Shown: in pieces, positions 35,676 to 47,586 of the stretch
How positions within the stretch are numbered: position 1 is the first letter of the stretch
Layout: every line of letters starts with the position of its first letter
Assembly (NCBI GenBank): GCA_001600695.1
Contig: BCKQ01000013.1
Location: 279,605-343,604, forward strand
DNA from: Ascoidea asiatica JCM 7603
Lineage: Eukaryota; Fungi; Ascomycota
Direction of reading: 5' to 3'
Length of the DNA: 64,000 nucleotides
Translations under genes and position numbers: made by a program
The notes under the pieces: model-generated
Seen by the model: only the letters and a program-made list of their open reading frames with translations
What the model was told of the DNA's origin: nothing
The model's database searches: none

Positions 35676-37097
35676 AGATAAGTTTAAAAAAGAGTATTGA
35701 AATATTTAACGTTAAATTGAATTGAATAGAATTGAATAGAATTGAATACAATACGATACAATAAAGTAGAATGTACAATATGTTGTATGGTTGTTAGAAG
35801 AAAATTATTAAAATTATTAAAATTATCAAAATTATCAAAATTATCAAAATTATCAAAATTATTAGAATAATAAAGTTAATAAGGCTAATTAAGTTAATTG
35901 AAGATTGTATTTGATATTTTTTTTTCAAAAAAGTTGAAAAAAAAAGATTTACCAAATAAAAGCAAAGAAGCAAATTAAAGGCAAAATGTGGATGAATATT
36001 AAGAATTATTTAAAGATTATTTAAGGAATAATTGAAAATAATTGAAAATAATTGAGAATAGAATTGAGATTTAAGAGTTTTAAGAGATTTAAGAGTTTTA
36101 AGAGATTTAAGAGATTGAAATTAAATTAAAATAATGTGTATTTGATAGTTTAATTGATTGAAGTTGATATTTTAAAGAGTAAGGCAAAAAGATGGAAATC
36201 TTATTTTGAAAGTTAGACTTTAAAGCTGCGAGGTTATGAAAGTTAGAAATAAGTTAAATAAGTGATATGGAATGTGGATTAAATGGGATGAAGTAAGTAT
36301 ATGGAGATTTATATAGATATTTATATTCTTTTGATTATTCTTTGTTGAGATTAGATCATTGAATATAGTACTATATCTTTGGATATATTCTTATATTCTT
36401 ATATTCTTATATTCTTATATATTTATTTATTTATTTACATCTTTCTTTAATCTTGATTCCTATTTCTGTTCCTATTTCCTATTTCCTTCACCAACTCAAC
36501 CAAAATCCCTGCTTTTCATTGTCACATTCAGACTCGGCCTGGTAAAACAGCAGTGAAATCACAATTTCCAGTCCCAAAAGGGTAACAAAAGAGGATCAGA
36601 GCAGTAAAAGGTAAACAGCACGGCCGGAAGTGTCCCAAAGAGGAAATTTTAAAACAGGGACAGAACACTTGTTGGGACAGGGAACGAGGACAACAATGAC
36701 CTCCTTTTAGGGCAGAGTCACTTCCAAGGTCAATATCAATATTGTAATAGTAATAATAAAGTAAGTGTATATTTTGTGATTTTATAAAGATATAAAAAAT
36801 CTATAGTTGTAGCTTCCATTAAATAGAACCATATTATATATAAATATGTATATAAAGCAGTGCAATAGAAGACAATGAAGTGGTTTTATAAAAGAGACAT
36901 GAAGACATTGATAAAAATTGAGATAAAAACATAGATATAAAAAATGGGAATCCAATAAAGTAAAAGTAACAAGAAAGGAAAACTGAAGATAAGATAAGAT
37001 AAGATAAGATATAACAGATTAAAGATTAATTAAAGATAAATTTATGAGTTATGAGTTATGAATTGTAGATTGTACTTGAGATGAGGTGAGATTAAAT

Positions 37098-37751
37098 TTA
37101 TTCAACAGTTGCTAAATCTTTTTTTATATGAGTTGGTAAACCAGCTTCAATTTCTCTTTCTTCTTCATCTTCAACCATTTCTTTCCAAGAATCTTCAATT
37201 TTAAATGTTTTTGGAACATTATCTTTTTTTAATTGATTCTTTTCCCAAACAGATAAACCCATTGAACCTAATAATAAAAATACAGTTAAAAATTGAGCAT
37301 ACATTCTTGCTTGAACTAATTTTTGAGTTTTAGTCATAATTTTATCTTTATTTACAATATGCCATGAACCCCATAAAGAACCTGCCCAAGCTGCAACAAT
37401 AATTTTATATTTATTTTCAGATAACATTTCAATTGATTTATCTTTTAAAGTTAATGAATTCCATCTTTTAATTTCTTGTCTTGCATGTTCAGAAGAATGA
37501 CCAGAACCATACATAACTTGATCAAAACCAGTTGAAGCTTCTTCTGCACCAATTGTTAAACCAACAGTTGGTGGAGCTATCATTACTGCAGTTCTAAAAG
37601 CAATTGGTAATCTCCATAAACCTGGCCATTTTTTAGCACCAAGTGTAAATAAAGCAACAGTAAATACACCACCATATAAACCACCTTTAATACCACCCCA
37701 AAAAGTAGCTTGTCCATGAGCTTTAATTTCTTCTGGTGTTAAAATCTTCAT
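37098..37751 (-). CDS. RCF2: Respiratory supercomplex factor 2 (HIG1 family)
   Basis: MKILTPEEI start; KYKIIVAAWAGSLWGSW; QKLVQARMYAQFLTV HIG1 motif. Confidence 0.93.
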   Translation of the reverse strand: MKILTPEEIKAHGQATFWGGIKGGLYGGVFTVALFTLGAKKWPGLWRLPIAFRTAVMIAPPTVGLTIGAEEASTGFDQVMYGSGHSSEHARQEIKRWNSLTLKDKSIEMLSENKYKIIVAAWAGSLWGSWHIVNKDKIMTKTQKLVQARMYAQFLTVFLLLGSMGLSVWEKNQLKKDNVPKTFKIEDSWKEMVEDEEEREIEAGLPTHIKKDLATVE

Positions 37752-38720
37752 TTTTATTTATATATATATATTATTAATTTATATTAATTTATATTAATTT
37801 ATATTAATTTTTTGTATGATTGATTGATAATTTTCTGTAAGGAAAAAGTTAGTTATTTAGTTATTTAGTTTTTGAAATATTAGACAATATTAGATATATT
37901 TAAATAAGAGATAAAACCAAAGAAATATAATAAACGAAACCGAATTATGTATTAAATATGATGCAATTAATTTTAATCTTTTGAATATTTTTTTTAACTA
38001 CTTTTATTTGAAATAATAATTCACTTTAAAACCAGTTTTATATATAAGATAAGTAATTAAGAATTAAGAATAAGTATTAGATGTATAGAATTGATGAGAT
38101 TGATAAAATGCAAAACGAAGAAACGAATAAAGCAATCGTAATAAAAAGAATATTTATTAATATGTGAAGAATTATTCAAAAGGAATATTCTTTTAATGAG
38201 AGTTTAAGAAAATTTCACTTTATTTTATATTAATAGAAAAAATAAAACAGTTTTCAAGAACAGACAGACAGACAATCAATTATTAAATTTTCAGTAAAAC
38301 AAATAAATGAAAATTTTCAGTTTTTTATTTTTTTTCTTTCTAAATAGATAAAATTGAAATAAACTAAATTAAAGTAACTTAAATAAAGTAATAAATAAGT
38401 AGAGTAGTCTCTTGAATATTCGAATAAGTACTATTTCTGTTATCAAAGCACCTTTATTTCTAAGTAACTAACTAAGTAACTAACTAAATAAATGAATGAA
38501 TGAATGATAAATGATAAATGGCCATGATCTCATGGGCCATTCTTTTCGCAGTGTGGGATGAGTTCTGGCTTCACCAGCCAAGCTGGGGGCAATCATTGCC
38601 TGCGGAGCTGCTCTCAGAAAATCACCTCACTATTTCCAGGGCCAGAATTGCGCCACAATGCCGGCTCCTGGCCTCTTCAAAGGCCGCCTCCCGGCCCATC
38701 CCAGGTAAAAAGAGAACAAG

Positions 38721-38780
38721 AGCCCTGGTATATAAAGCCCTGCTGTGATAGAGCCCTGCTTGGAGCTGGCCAAAGCCCTG
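38721..38780. promoter_or_regulatory. Cluster of four AGCCCTG motifs in the RCF2/SME1 divergent promoter
   Basis: AGCCCTG at 38721, 38736, 38752 and 38774 within a GC-rich island. Confidence 0.5.
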
Positions 38781-38996
38781 TTTGATTTCTTCTTCTTTGC
38801 CTGTGCTTCTCAAACCCCGAATGGTCACACTCTCACCCAGCTCCTGGACAATTCCGGGTAGGCGCTTATAACCGCGGAAATAACGGCCCGTATCTGGCTT
38901 GAAACTTTCTTTGATTCGTTGCACATCCACATTTCTGGTCTCTTTTCTAAAACATGTGAGATAATGTTTCCAGCGGCACTTCAATGCTTTATTGAA

Positions 38997-39006
38997 GTCA
39001 CGTGAC
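38997..39006. promoter_or_regulatory. Cbf1/Tye7-type E-box palindrome GTCACGTGAC
   Basis: Perfect 10-bp palindrome 170 bp upstream of the SME1 ATG. Confidence 0.6.
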
Positions 39007-39175
39007 ATTTACTTTTTGTATTTATTTTTTTCTAGGCTTCACTTAAATTAAATAATCAATCAAAATATATGATTATTTGAGATGATTGAAATATTTAGAG
39101 CTATTGAAATTGTTGAAGTTATTGATCAAAATCAAACTATTAACATTGAATTAAAATAGTTGATTAATTTCAATC

Positions 39176-39542
39176 ATGTCAACTGGAAATAGAACTCAGA
39201 AGGTTGTAAGTATTTCTTTTCCTTTTTCATTATTTCTTTATCCTATTTATTCAAATATAAATAAAAATCTAACTAAATTTTTTTTCTTTTTCATTAAATC
39301 AGATAATTCCACCAATTAATCTAATTTTTAAATTTTTTCAACAACAATCTCTTGTTCAAGTTTGGTTATATGAACAAATTGATTATAGAATTCAAGGTAA
39401 AATTAGAGGTTTTGATGAATTTATGAATTTAACAATTGATGATGCTTATGAAATAAATCAAAATGATTTTTCAAGAAAAAAATTAGGAAGAATTTTACTT
39501 AAAGGTGATAATATTAGTTTAATCTCAAGTTTAGATGTTTAA
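39176..39542 (+). CDS. SME1: snRNP core protein SmE; exons 39176-39205 and 39303-39542, 89 aa
   Basis: Manual translation MSTGNRTQKV|IIPPINLIF...VWLYEQ...GKIRGFDEFMNLTIDDA...LGRILLKGDNISLI; absent from the ORF track. Confidence 0.95.
39206..39302 (+). other. 97-nt spliceosomal intron in SME1
   Basis: GTAAGT donor, TCTAAC branch point, pyrimidine tract, CAG acceptor; phase 0 restores the SmE frame. Confidence 0.9.
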
Positions 39543-39746
39543 TACACATCAACTGAAAATCTAAAATAAGAGTCAATAAACAAAAACAAAATTAAAAATA
39601 AAAAGGATATACTTTGAATACCCTTTCGATACCATTTAAATATCATTTGAATATCAAAATAACTTAATGATAGTTCTTTTATTAATATAATTGTTTATTA
39701 TATATACATAATCTCGAATATTTATTTTAAATTTATTTTATCATAA

Positions 39747-40523
39747 TCATAATTTATCAAGATCTAAATCAAAACTTGATCCACATCCACAACTACTTGT
39801 TGTATATGGACTATCAACAACTTTAAATTGATTTCCAATTAATTCATTAACATAATCAATTTTAGAATCTTTTAATAAATTTAATGATGATTTATCTATA
39901 ATAACTTTACTATTATCCCTTGTAAATATACAATTTTTTTCTTTATCAATAATATTTATTTCTTTATCATTATCATTTATTTCACTTATTAAATTCTCTT
40001 TTTTTAAATCAATTAATTCTAAAATATATTGAAATCCATGACATCCACCACTTTCAACTTTAATTTTCAAAGCTAAATTAAAATTATTATCTTCATTCAT
40101 AATTTCATTTAATTTTTTACAAGCTCTAAATGTTATACCTACTTTTAAAATTTTATTTTCATTATTAGAATCTTTTAATGGATTTATAATTTTAGTATTT
40201 AAAAATGCTGATTCACTATCTTCAATTAATGTATTTTTTCTTTTTTTAATATTATTTGTTTCTTGAATTGGAATTGAACTAGAATTTATATTAGAAATTT
40301 CATTTGAAGTTTCATTTGAATTCGAATTTGAATTTGGTGTTGTAGAATAATAATTTTTATTTATATTCATAAAACAACTTGAATTATTTTTACTTTTATA
40401 AAATGATATATTGTGATTTGATGTTTTTGATGAATATATTATTTTGGAAACTTGATTAACTAAAGGTTTTCCTCCTCTTGTATTTCTCATAAAGATTCTA
40501 CTATAGTTTGAAAGCACAGACAT
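39747..40523 (-). CDS. ISA2: Mitochondrial A-type Fe-S cluster assembly protein
   Basis: VESGGCHGFQY and SSCGCGSSFD motifs; presequence-like N-terminus. Confidence 0.88.
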   Translation of the reverse strand: MSVLSNYSRIFMRNTRGGKPLVNQVSKIIYSSKTSNHNISFYKSKNNSSCFMNINKNYYSTTPNSNSNSNETSNEISNINSSSIPIQETNNIKKRKNTLIEDSESAFLNTKIINPLKDSNNENKILKVGITFRACKKLNEIMNEDNNFNLALKIKVESGGCHGFQYILELIDLKKENLISEINDNDKEINIIDKEKNCIFTRDNSKVIIDKSSLNLLKDSKIDYVNELIGNQFKVVDSPYTTSSCGCGSSFDLDLDKL

Positions 40524-40971
40524 TTTTAATTCTTTTAAATTCTAATTAAAATTTATTTCTGATTTGCCTCTGGTTAATTTGCATTATTTTATATCATATC
40601 AAAGTTATAAATCAAATTATACTACAATTACAGTACCTTTCTTTATCTTTCTCTTTCTCTCCTCTCGTCTCCTTGACATTACCAACTTTTCCTGTTTTGG
40701 ACTCTTTCTTCGTTTTATGATCAAAACTGCTGACTAATTTAAATTCGACCATCTTGAGTCGGATTGCTTATAAAAGTCACAAGAATGTTTCTATTCTCGA
40801 CCGGCCGGAATTGATTATTTTACAAACAACGAAATTAATTTCAAGTTATTTAAATATTATTTATTATTTATTATTTATTATTTATTATTTATTATTTATT
40901 AATGACTTGATGATTCAATGATAATGACTTGAGGATTTAATGAATGGCGATAAGTAAATAGGAAATGAAGA

Positions 40972-41922
40972 TTATCCCTCTATTACATCTCTTAAATTAT
41001 CCACTATATCAAGTATTGCTGTAGTTGCAGGACTATCTTCATATAATTCTAGAAAATTTTCTCCATTATCACAACTTTTTGCTATTCTTGGATCTAATGG
41101 AATCTCACCTAAATATCTAATATTCATTTCTTCACATAATTTTTTACCTCCACCTGTAGTTGGTTTAAAAATAAATGATTTATTTAAACAATTTGGACAA
41201 ACAAATCCACTCATATTTTCAATTAATCCTAATATTGGAATTTTAGCTTTTTTACAAAAATCAATTTCTTTTCTAACATCTAATAATGAAACTTCTTGTG
41301 GTGTTGTTATAATTAAAGCTCCATCTATACCACTTTCTTTTAAATATGTATTTATTGAAATATGTTCATCTGATGTTCCTGGTGGTGTATCTATTATTAA
41401 ATAATTTAATTTTCCCCAATCAACATCTTTCAAAAATTGTTTAATTAATCCATTTTTTTTATTACCTCTCCAAATAATTGCAGAATTTGGATCTGGTAAC
41501 ATAAATGCTATTGACATTATAGATAAATTATCCTCTATATAAATCGGACTCCATCCAGAATTAGAATTATGTATAAATTCATTTTTATTTGCTCCTAAAA
41601 TTTTTGGTAATGAAGGTCCACAAATATCTAAATCTAATGATCCAATTTCTAAATCAGTATCTGCACTTAATGCAAAACTTAGCATTGCTGTAAATGTAGA
41701 TTTTCCAACACCTCCTTTACCTGATAGTACTAAAATTTTATGATCTATTAAATTATTTATTTTATTTGTAATTTTATCTAAATCTGGATCTGGTCCTTTG
41801 TTTAATTGTGATGCACAAATATTTTGATTTGGACATCCTTTACAAGCATCATCTTTTCCAGCAGCTTCTGATTCTGGGCCTGGACAGTGTTCTGGTTCCG
41901 GATGTTCTAAAGCTAAAGACAT
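40972..41922 (-). CDS. NBP35: Cytosolic Fe-S assembly P-loop NTPase
   Basis: N-terminal four-Cys motif (PEHCPGPES...[10 protein letters not shown]), [31 protein letters not shown]. Confidence 0.97.
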   Translation of the reverse strand: MSLALEHPEPEHCPGPESEAAGKDDACKGCPNQNICASQLNKGPDPDLDKITNKINNLIDHKILVLSGKGGVGKSTFTAMLSFALSADTDLEIGSLDLDICGPSLPKILGANKNEFIHNSNSGWSPIYIEDNLSIMSIAFMLPDPNSAIIWRGNKKNGLIKQFLKDVDWGKLNYLIIDTPPGTSDEHISINTYLKESGIDGALIITTPQEVSLLDVRKEIDFCKKAKIPILGLIENMSGFVCPNCLNKSFIFKPTTGGGKKLCEEMNIRYLGEIPLDPRIAKSCDNGENFLELYEDSPATTAILDIVDNLRDVIEG

Positions 41923-42653
41923 TTGTATTTTATTATTCTTATTGTATATTTAGTTTATAATCTATTTCGATATATCTATTCAATAATCAAATAAATATTT
42001 CTACCATTGTTGAATTAGTAATTAAATCAAAATCAAAATCAAAATGTCAAAAATGCATGGACAACCGGATCTCGGCGATTTGATTATTAATATAAATAGT
42101 CACATGGCTGCATTTTATATTCGACCTACAAACGGAAAGTATTACCTAATTCGGTAAATACATATTTGTTATATTTTATGAAGCTTTTTTATATTGATAT
42201 TTTTAATAACAATTACCAATGTATTTGAAAAAAAAAGCTAATTAAAAAGAATTTGAGATTATTAATAAAATTATGCCTAAACATAGATTTGGATTTATGA
42301 AAAGTGTAGTTAAAAATAGTAAAATATAATTAAAAAAAGGAGATAAAATTATAAAATTATAAAATTATAAAATAATGAAATTTAAAATTTTTTAATAAAC
42401 TATTAATCAAATAATTAAATATTTGAATAATTGAATAATTAATAGAGTAAAAAAAAACTGGCAAACAAAAAAAAAGTAGTAAGAGAGATAAAGGATTATA
42501 AAATGTATGATAAATTAAAAATATATTGTAAGAAAATCAATAAAATTGAAATTAGTTTGAATAACTAATTGAATTTTATGTAAACCCCCAAAAGAAGATA
42601 GAATGAGAAAAAAGTAAATAAAATGAAAGGGACAAAAGAATATTTCATTTTGA

Positions 42654-44291
42654 TTATGTTTGTTTGCATTCTGGAGGATCTTGACTTGGAGTTTTTCCTT
42701 TTGATTTATCTTTTTTATCATCCATTTCACCATCGTCTTCATCATCATCATCATCTTCAGATTCAGACTCGGATTCAGAACCATTGAAACCAGATTCACC
42801 AAATTCAGAATCTTCATCATTTTGAGCATCTAAATCAAAATCAATTGCAGTACCTGTAAACCAATCAATGGCTCTTGGAATTAATTTATCTTTAATATCT
42901 TCAGCTAATTGATAATCTAATTCTAATCTTGATTCTAATTCTTCATTATCTTCTTCATCATCATCATAATTTTCTTCATCATCATTATTTTCATCTTCAT
43001 TACTATTATTATTATTATCATTCTGTATTTGAGATTTAGTTTTTTTTATATGTGGAGGTTTTGGAGGATCAAAGAAATTAAAAAAAGAATCAGTTGGAGT
43101 TAATTTTTCTATAGTTCTTGTTTGTTTAGTATGTTTATTTCTTTGTTTTCTTCTTTCAATTAATAAAGTTACATTTTTATCAGGATTTTTCCAATTTATT
43201 TCACAACCTTCAGCATGATCATAAATAAATTCACCATTATAACCTAATTCATTTTGATAATAATAAGTTTTTGTTAAAATTTTATTTGTAAAAAATTCAT
43301 TATTTTTATAATCAAATTCAAAAATTAATTTGAAACCAGGACTTTCTAAATGTTCTAATTTAATATTTGTTAAATAATGTAAAACTTGTGTATCTCTATC
43401 AGAAATTGTATCAGAAATTGGATGTAAATTTTCTAAAGCAGTTAACCAAAAATCAGGAATACCTTTAATTTCATCTTCTTCATTATTATCATCAAGAACA
43501 ATTTCCGAATCACTGATATCATTTAAAGTATCAGATTCATGATGACGATGATTATCATCATCATCTTCATCCTCATCGTCATCATTATCAGAATTAAAAG
43601 ATAAAGCAGTTTCAATTTGTTTACCATTTGAAATTTCTGTAGAAGTTGGTTGTTTTAAACCATTTATAATACTACTTCTTCTTTCATAAATAGTATTATA
43701 TTTTGCATTAAAAGTTTTTTCTAAGTTAAATAATTGTAATTGAAATTGAGATTCTAAATCCATTTGTTGTTTTTGAATATATTTCAAAGATACAATTCTT
43801 TTTTTAACATTTTTTGATAAATTATTAATATAACCAGAATCTTTACCAATTAAAGTTTGTAATTTACCTTCAACCATGGATACTAAAGTTGAATTTTGTA
43901 ATAAATTATTTACTTCTTGTTTATTATTAATTTCTTTAATATCTTGAGACTGATTTACATTATTAGAGTTCTGATTATCAGATATAATATTACCATTTTC
44001 ATTATTATTATTATAATTATTATTAGTAGTAGTAGTAGTAGTATTATCATCATCATCATTACTGTTTTCTAATTCAGAAATTTTAAGATTTTTATTTAAA
44101 TTTTTAATTAAATTATCTTGTTCATTTTCATTTTCTTCAATTGTATTTGGTAATTGATTTAAATTTAATTTATGATTACTATTCATTAAATATGAACCAA
44201 CATTTGAAGCAGGAGTATTTTGTGGAGTTGGAGCTTGAGGAAAATCAGAAGAGATTTTCTTCTTTGAAGAATCTGACATATTTATACTCAT
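42654..44291 (-). CDS. NAP1: Nucleosome assembly protein 1
   Basis: APTPQNTPAS, KGIPDFWLTALEN, RKQRNKHTKQTRTIEK, SFFNFFDPP, KLIPRAIDWFTG, acidic tail and PPECKQT end. Confidence 0.97.
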   Translation of the reverse strand: MSINMSDSSKKKISSDFPQAPTPQNTPASNVGSYLMNSNHKLNLNQLPNTIEENENEQDNLIKNLNKNLKISELENSNDDDDNTTTTTTNNNYNNNNENGNIISDNQNSNNVNQSQDIKEINNKQEVNNLLQNSTLVSMVEGKLQTLIGKDSGYINNLSKNVKKRIVSLKYIQKQQMDLESQFQLQLFNLEKTFNAKYNTIYERRSSIINGLKQPTSTEISNGKQIETALSFNSDNDDDEDEDDDDNHRHHESDTLNDISDSEIVLDDNNEEDEIKGIPDFWLTALENLHPISDTISDRDTQVLHYLTNIKLEHLESPGFKLIFEFDYKNNEFFTNKILTKTYYYQNELGYNGEFIYDHAEGCEINWKNPDKNVTLLIERRKQRNKHTKQTRTIEKLTPTDSFFNFFDPPKPPHIKKTKSQIQNDNNNNSNEDENNDDEENYDDDEEDNEELESRLELDYQLAEDIKDKLIPRAIDWFTGTAIDFDLDAQNDEDSEFGESGFNGSESESESEDDDDDEDDGEMDDKKDKSKGKTPSQDPPECKQT

Positions 44292-45322
44292 TTTTAAATA
44301 AGATTAAATAGATAAAAAAAAGTAGATTGATTGATAGAATGATTGATTGATCAATTGATTGAGGAGATTATAATTGACGAATCAAGACTTGTGATTCACC
44401 TGAGAGAATTAATATATTATAATTAGTAAGAGAAAAGACAGAAATACTGATATTTATAAATATATATATAAATATAAGTAATTAATAATAGTGATTTAGA
44501 AAAGACAATAAAAAATAAAAATGAAACTAAAAAATATAGAAATAGAAATAGAAATATAAATAAATGAAAAAAAATATTTAAATTAATCATCACAAATCAA
44601 AGCGAGAGAAAGAGCAGTAACGTTAAAAGTAGGTCTGGGAATGGAACTTCTGCGGTGAAAATGCGAGGAAAATGCAAAATTGCAAAACTGCGAAATTGCG
44701 AAATTCACTTCCTGCCAACAAAACAACTTTGACACCAACCCAAAAAAAAATAATACAAACCCACCGAAATGGTAAAGCCACGTTTGAGGATCTAATGTGG
44801 GTAGATGTTTTCAGAAGTTAAGGGGTGCAGACCCTTGTAACTGGAAGTTTACGGATTTAAAACACGGATTTAATTCCGCTTACGGCACGCTTATAGGACA
44901 CAAATCTAATTTAGGTCATAGATATGCTATATTACGGGCACAAATTCACTTATAGGACGCCCCCGCAATAATGGAACTGGAAAGATAATAGCTGATATTA
45001 ATAATAATGATGAATTTGACATTTTAAGGGTCCTTTGAATATCTTTCAAAAACATTCTCTTTTGGGTAGTTGTTGATCTCTGTATATTTTAACTAGATTT
45101 TATCAAAATGATTGCAAATGAAATAGTTACTTAAATTGTGTCTTGAAAGTTCAGTAGAGAAAAAAAGTCTTAGATAAAAATAGACAATATTAAAAAATTA
45201 AAATTCTGAAACTAGGAATAGAAATCAAATTACTGAGAATACAGAATATGTATATACTGTATATATATATATATATAAAATACAAAAGAATAGAATATTC
45301 TAATTTAAAATAATTCATACTT

Positions 45323-46849
45323 TTAAGAAATTATTGGAACTTGACATGTTAAATTTAATAATCTTGTAGTAAACTCAAATCCATAAATTGCCATAAATGG
45401 TATTCCTGCATAAACAATTAATCTTGCAACAACTTCAACATCATATCTTGGTCTTAAAGCAACACATTTTGGATAATTTTTATTTAATTTCAAATCTTTA
45501 TTTAATTCATTATTTGATTTTGCTGTATTTAAAACTTCATAATAATCACTCATTGATTCGGGTCCTTGTTTATCTAAAATTTTACCATTAGGTATTTGAA
45601 TTGCAGGTAAATTATTTTCATTATAAGTTTTAAAAATATTTTCAAATTCAGTTTTTGAAGAAATTTTTGAAACTGGTTTGAAAAATCTTCTTGGTACATA
45701 AATTTTAAAAATTGAATAAAAATATGGTAAAATTTTAAATAATATTTTTTTTGAAATATCTTTCCAAATTATAACTAATAAACCTCCAATAATAACTCTA
45801 ATAAAAGAATTTAAAAAACCCAATTGATTATAATCATAAAATGTTGAAATTATTGAATAATTTTTTGAAATTCTGAAATTTTCTGGTAATATAAAAAATT
45901 CAGTTTTTGAATAATAAAAATGTGTTAATTCTAAACCTAAAACAACTCCAATAAATGCAACTGAATCATCAAAACATGGACAATCATCAATTGGTTCTGC
46001 ATGAAAATGAATTAAAAATCCAATAAATGCTATTATAAAAATTGGAATTATTGGATTTTTTATATTTATATTATCATCAAATAATAAAGTATCCCAATAA
46101 TTTTTAATTACTAGTCTTAAAATTACACATATTATACCAATTAATGAACCACTTAAAACATCAAGAAATCCATGCATACCACAATATATTCTACCAATTA
46201 TTAAAGATGTATAATAAATGAATAATAAAAAACTAAATCTTTTTGAAATTTTATTTGAATTTAAAATTTCAATTAATAAAATTAAAGTAGCAGAAGTTGC
46301 ATTTGCACTATGAGAACTTGGAAACCCATATTCTTGAGTTGTATATCCAGACATTGTAATTCTATGTAAAGGAGGTGATCTTGGTCTTGGTAAACAAAAA
46401 TAATCTTTACAACATCCTGTAAAAAAAATTCCAAATCCTAAAACCCAAACCAAATCTCTTGTTAATTCAACATATCCAAACCATAAAGGTAATGGTAACA
46501 TTAAAACATAAAATGTATGAGCTGCTAAATTTGCTGTCCATGAAAAGTATAAATCAAAAACTTTACAACGTAATTTTGATTGTAAACTAAATAATATTGG
46601 AGTTTCTTTTCTTATTAAAGGTAATAAATATGATCTTAATTTATATCTAAATGGAGATAATTTTGATTTATAATGAGCATCAGTTTTATTACCTGCATCT
46701 AAAGTAATAATTCTTGGCTTTTCATATTCAATTTCTTTTGATATATTTCTATTTCTACTGGAAATACTTTGTCTTTCAGAAGAATCTCGAATTATAGTAT
46801 TTGAACTATTTGATCTAAGTCTATAATGAGTTGAATCAGAAGAAGGCAT
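45323..46849 (-). CDS. LCB3: Sphingoid long-chain base-1-phosphate phosphatase (Lcb3/Ysr3, PAP2 family)
   Basis: KDYFCLPRP, EYGFPSSHSANAT and GRIYCGMHG PAP2 motifs; DDCPCFDDS; multiple TM segments. Confidence 0.92.
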   Translation of the reverse strand: MPSSDSTHYRLRSNSSNTIIRDSSERQSISSRNRNISKEIEYEKPRIITLDAGNKTDAHYKSKLSPFRYKLRSYLLPLIRKETPILFSLQSKLRCKVFDLYFSWTANLAAHTFYVLMLPLPLWFGYVELTRDLVWVLGFGIFFTGCCKDYFCLPRPRSPPLHRITMSGYTTQEYGFPSSHSANATSATLILLIEILNSNKISKRFSFLLFIYYTSLIIGRIYCGMHGFLDVLSGSLIGIICVILRLVIKNYWDTLLFDDNINIKNPIIPIFIIAFIGFLIHFHAEPIDDCPCFDDSVAFIGVVLGLELTHFYYSKTEFFILPENFRISKNYSIISTFYDYNQLGFLNSFIRVIIGGLLVIIWKDISKKILFKILPYFYSIFKIYVPRRFFKPVSKISSKTEFENIFKTYNENNLPAIQIPNGKILDKQGPESMSDYYEVLNTAKSNNELNKDLKLNKNYPKCVALRPRYDVEVVARLIVYAGIPFMAIYGFEFTTRLLNLTCQVPIIS

Positions 46850-47586
46850 TCTGATAAAACAGCATACTCTGATTAGCTAAAAAAACAATACAAAGTAAGA
46901 TATGAAGGAAAAGGAACTAAGATGGTTCTATGATTTGAATCTGATATATATTTTGAGTATATTTGAGTATATTTGAAGATGAGATAATAAACAATAAATA
47001 ATAAATATATTATTCTAGTGAAACAGAAATATTTGTGAACAAAACCTGCAATCGCAAGATTTGATATCAGATCGCGTACGTGTGGGCTCTGTGGGTGTTA
47101 AGCAATGTAATTTAGCAGTGCACGCAGCATCGCATACTAATTTTACTACTGTAAAGAACTGCTACGAAGCTGAGTGTGTGGTTTGAGAAAATAGACCTTT
47201 TATTTATTTTATTACTACAAACTGAAAACTAAATTGTAGATAATTGTAGATAATTGTCGATAATGTTAAATTGTTGTAAGTTATCGTTGAGTAAAAAGAT
47301 TTGGAAAAGTATTTAGGATAGGCAAGAGAGACTTGTAACACTGACTTTATACTTTTCACTGGAAGTCTCAAAATATGGCTTTATCAAAATCTTTCATTTT
47401 CCAAAATAATCTAAGAAAAATGCTTTAAATCATTCTTTATCATCAATTTCAATCATTATTCTAATTAGTTTAATACTCCGAGTTATTCTTAATATATGTT
47501 ACAGAATACCTATAACTCTTATAGAATATTTCTAGAATATTTCTAAACACTTTGAGAAATATATTTGAATATTTCAGAGAAACTAT

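Noticed and set aside
38518-39008. ORFs within the RCF2/SME1 GC island
   Set aside because: Codon usage is unlike the real genes; open frames are expected in GC-rich sequence
44400-44447. Possible 5' UTR intron of NAP1 (GTATTT...TACTAAT...CAG)
   Set aside because: Donor-to-branch distance is only ~20 nt and there is no coding constraint to test it; not supportable without RNA data
44851-44873. ACGGATTTA repeat as a telomerase template or telomere seed
   Set aside because: The implied 13-nt unit lacks the G-rich core of yeast telomeric repeats
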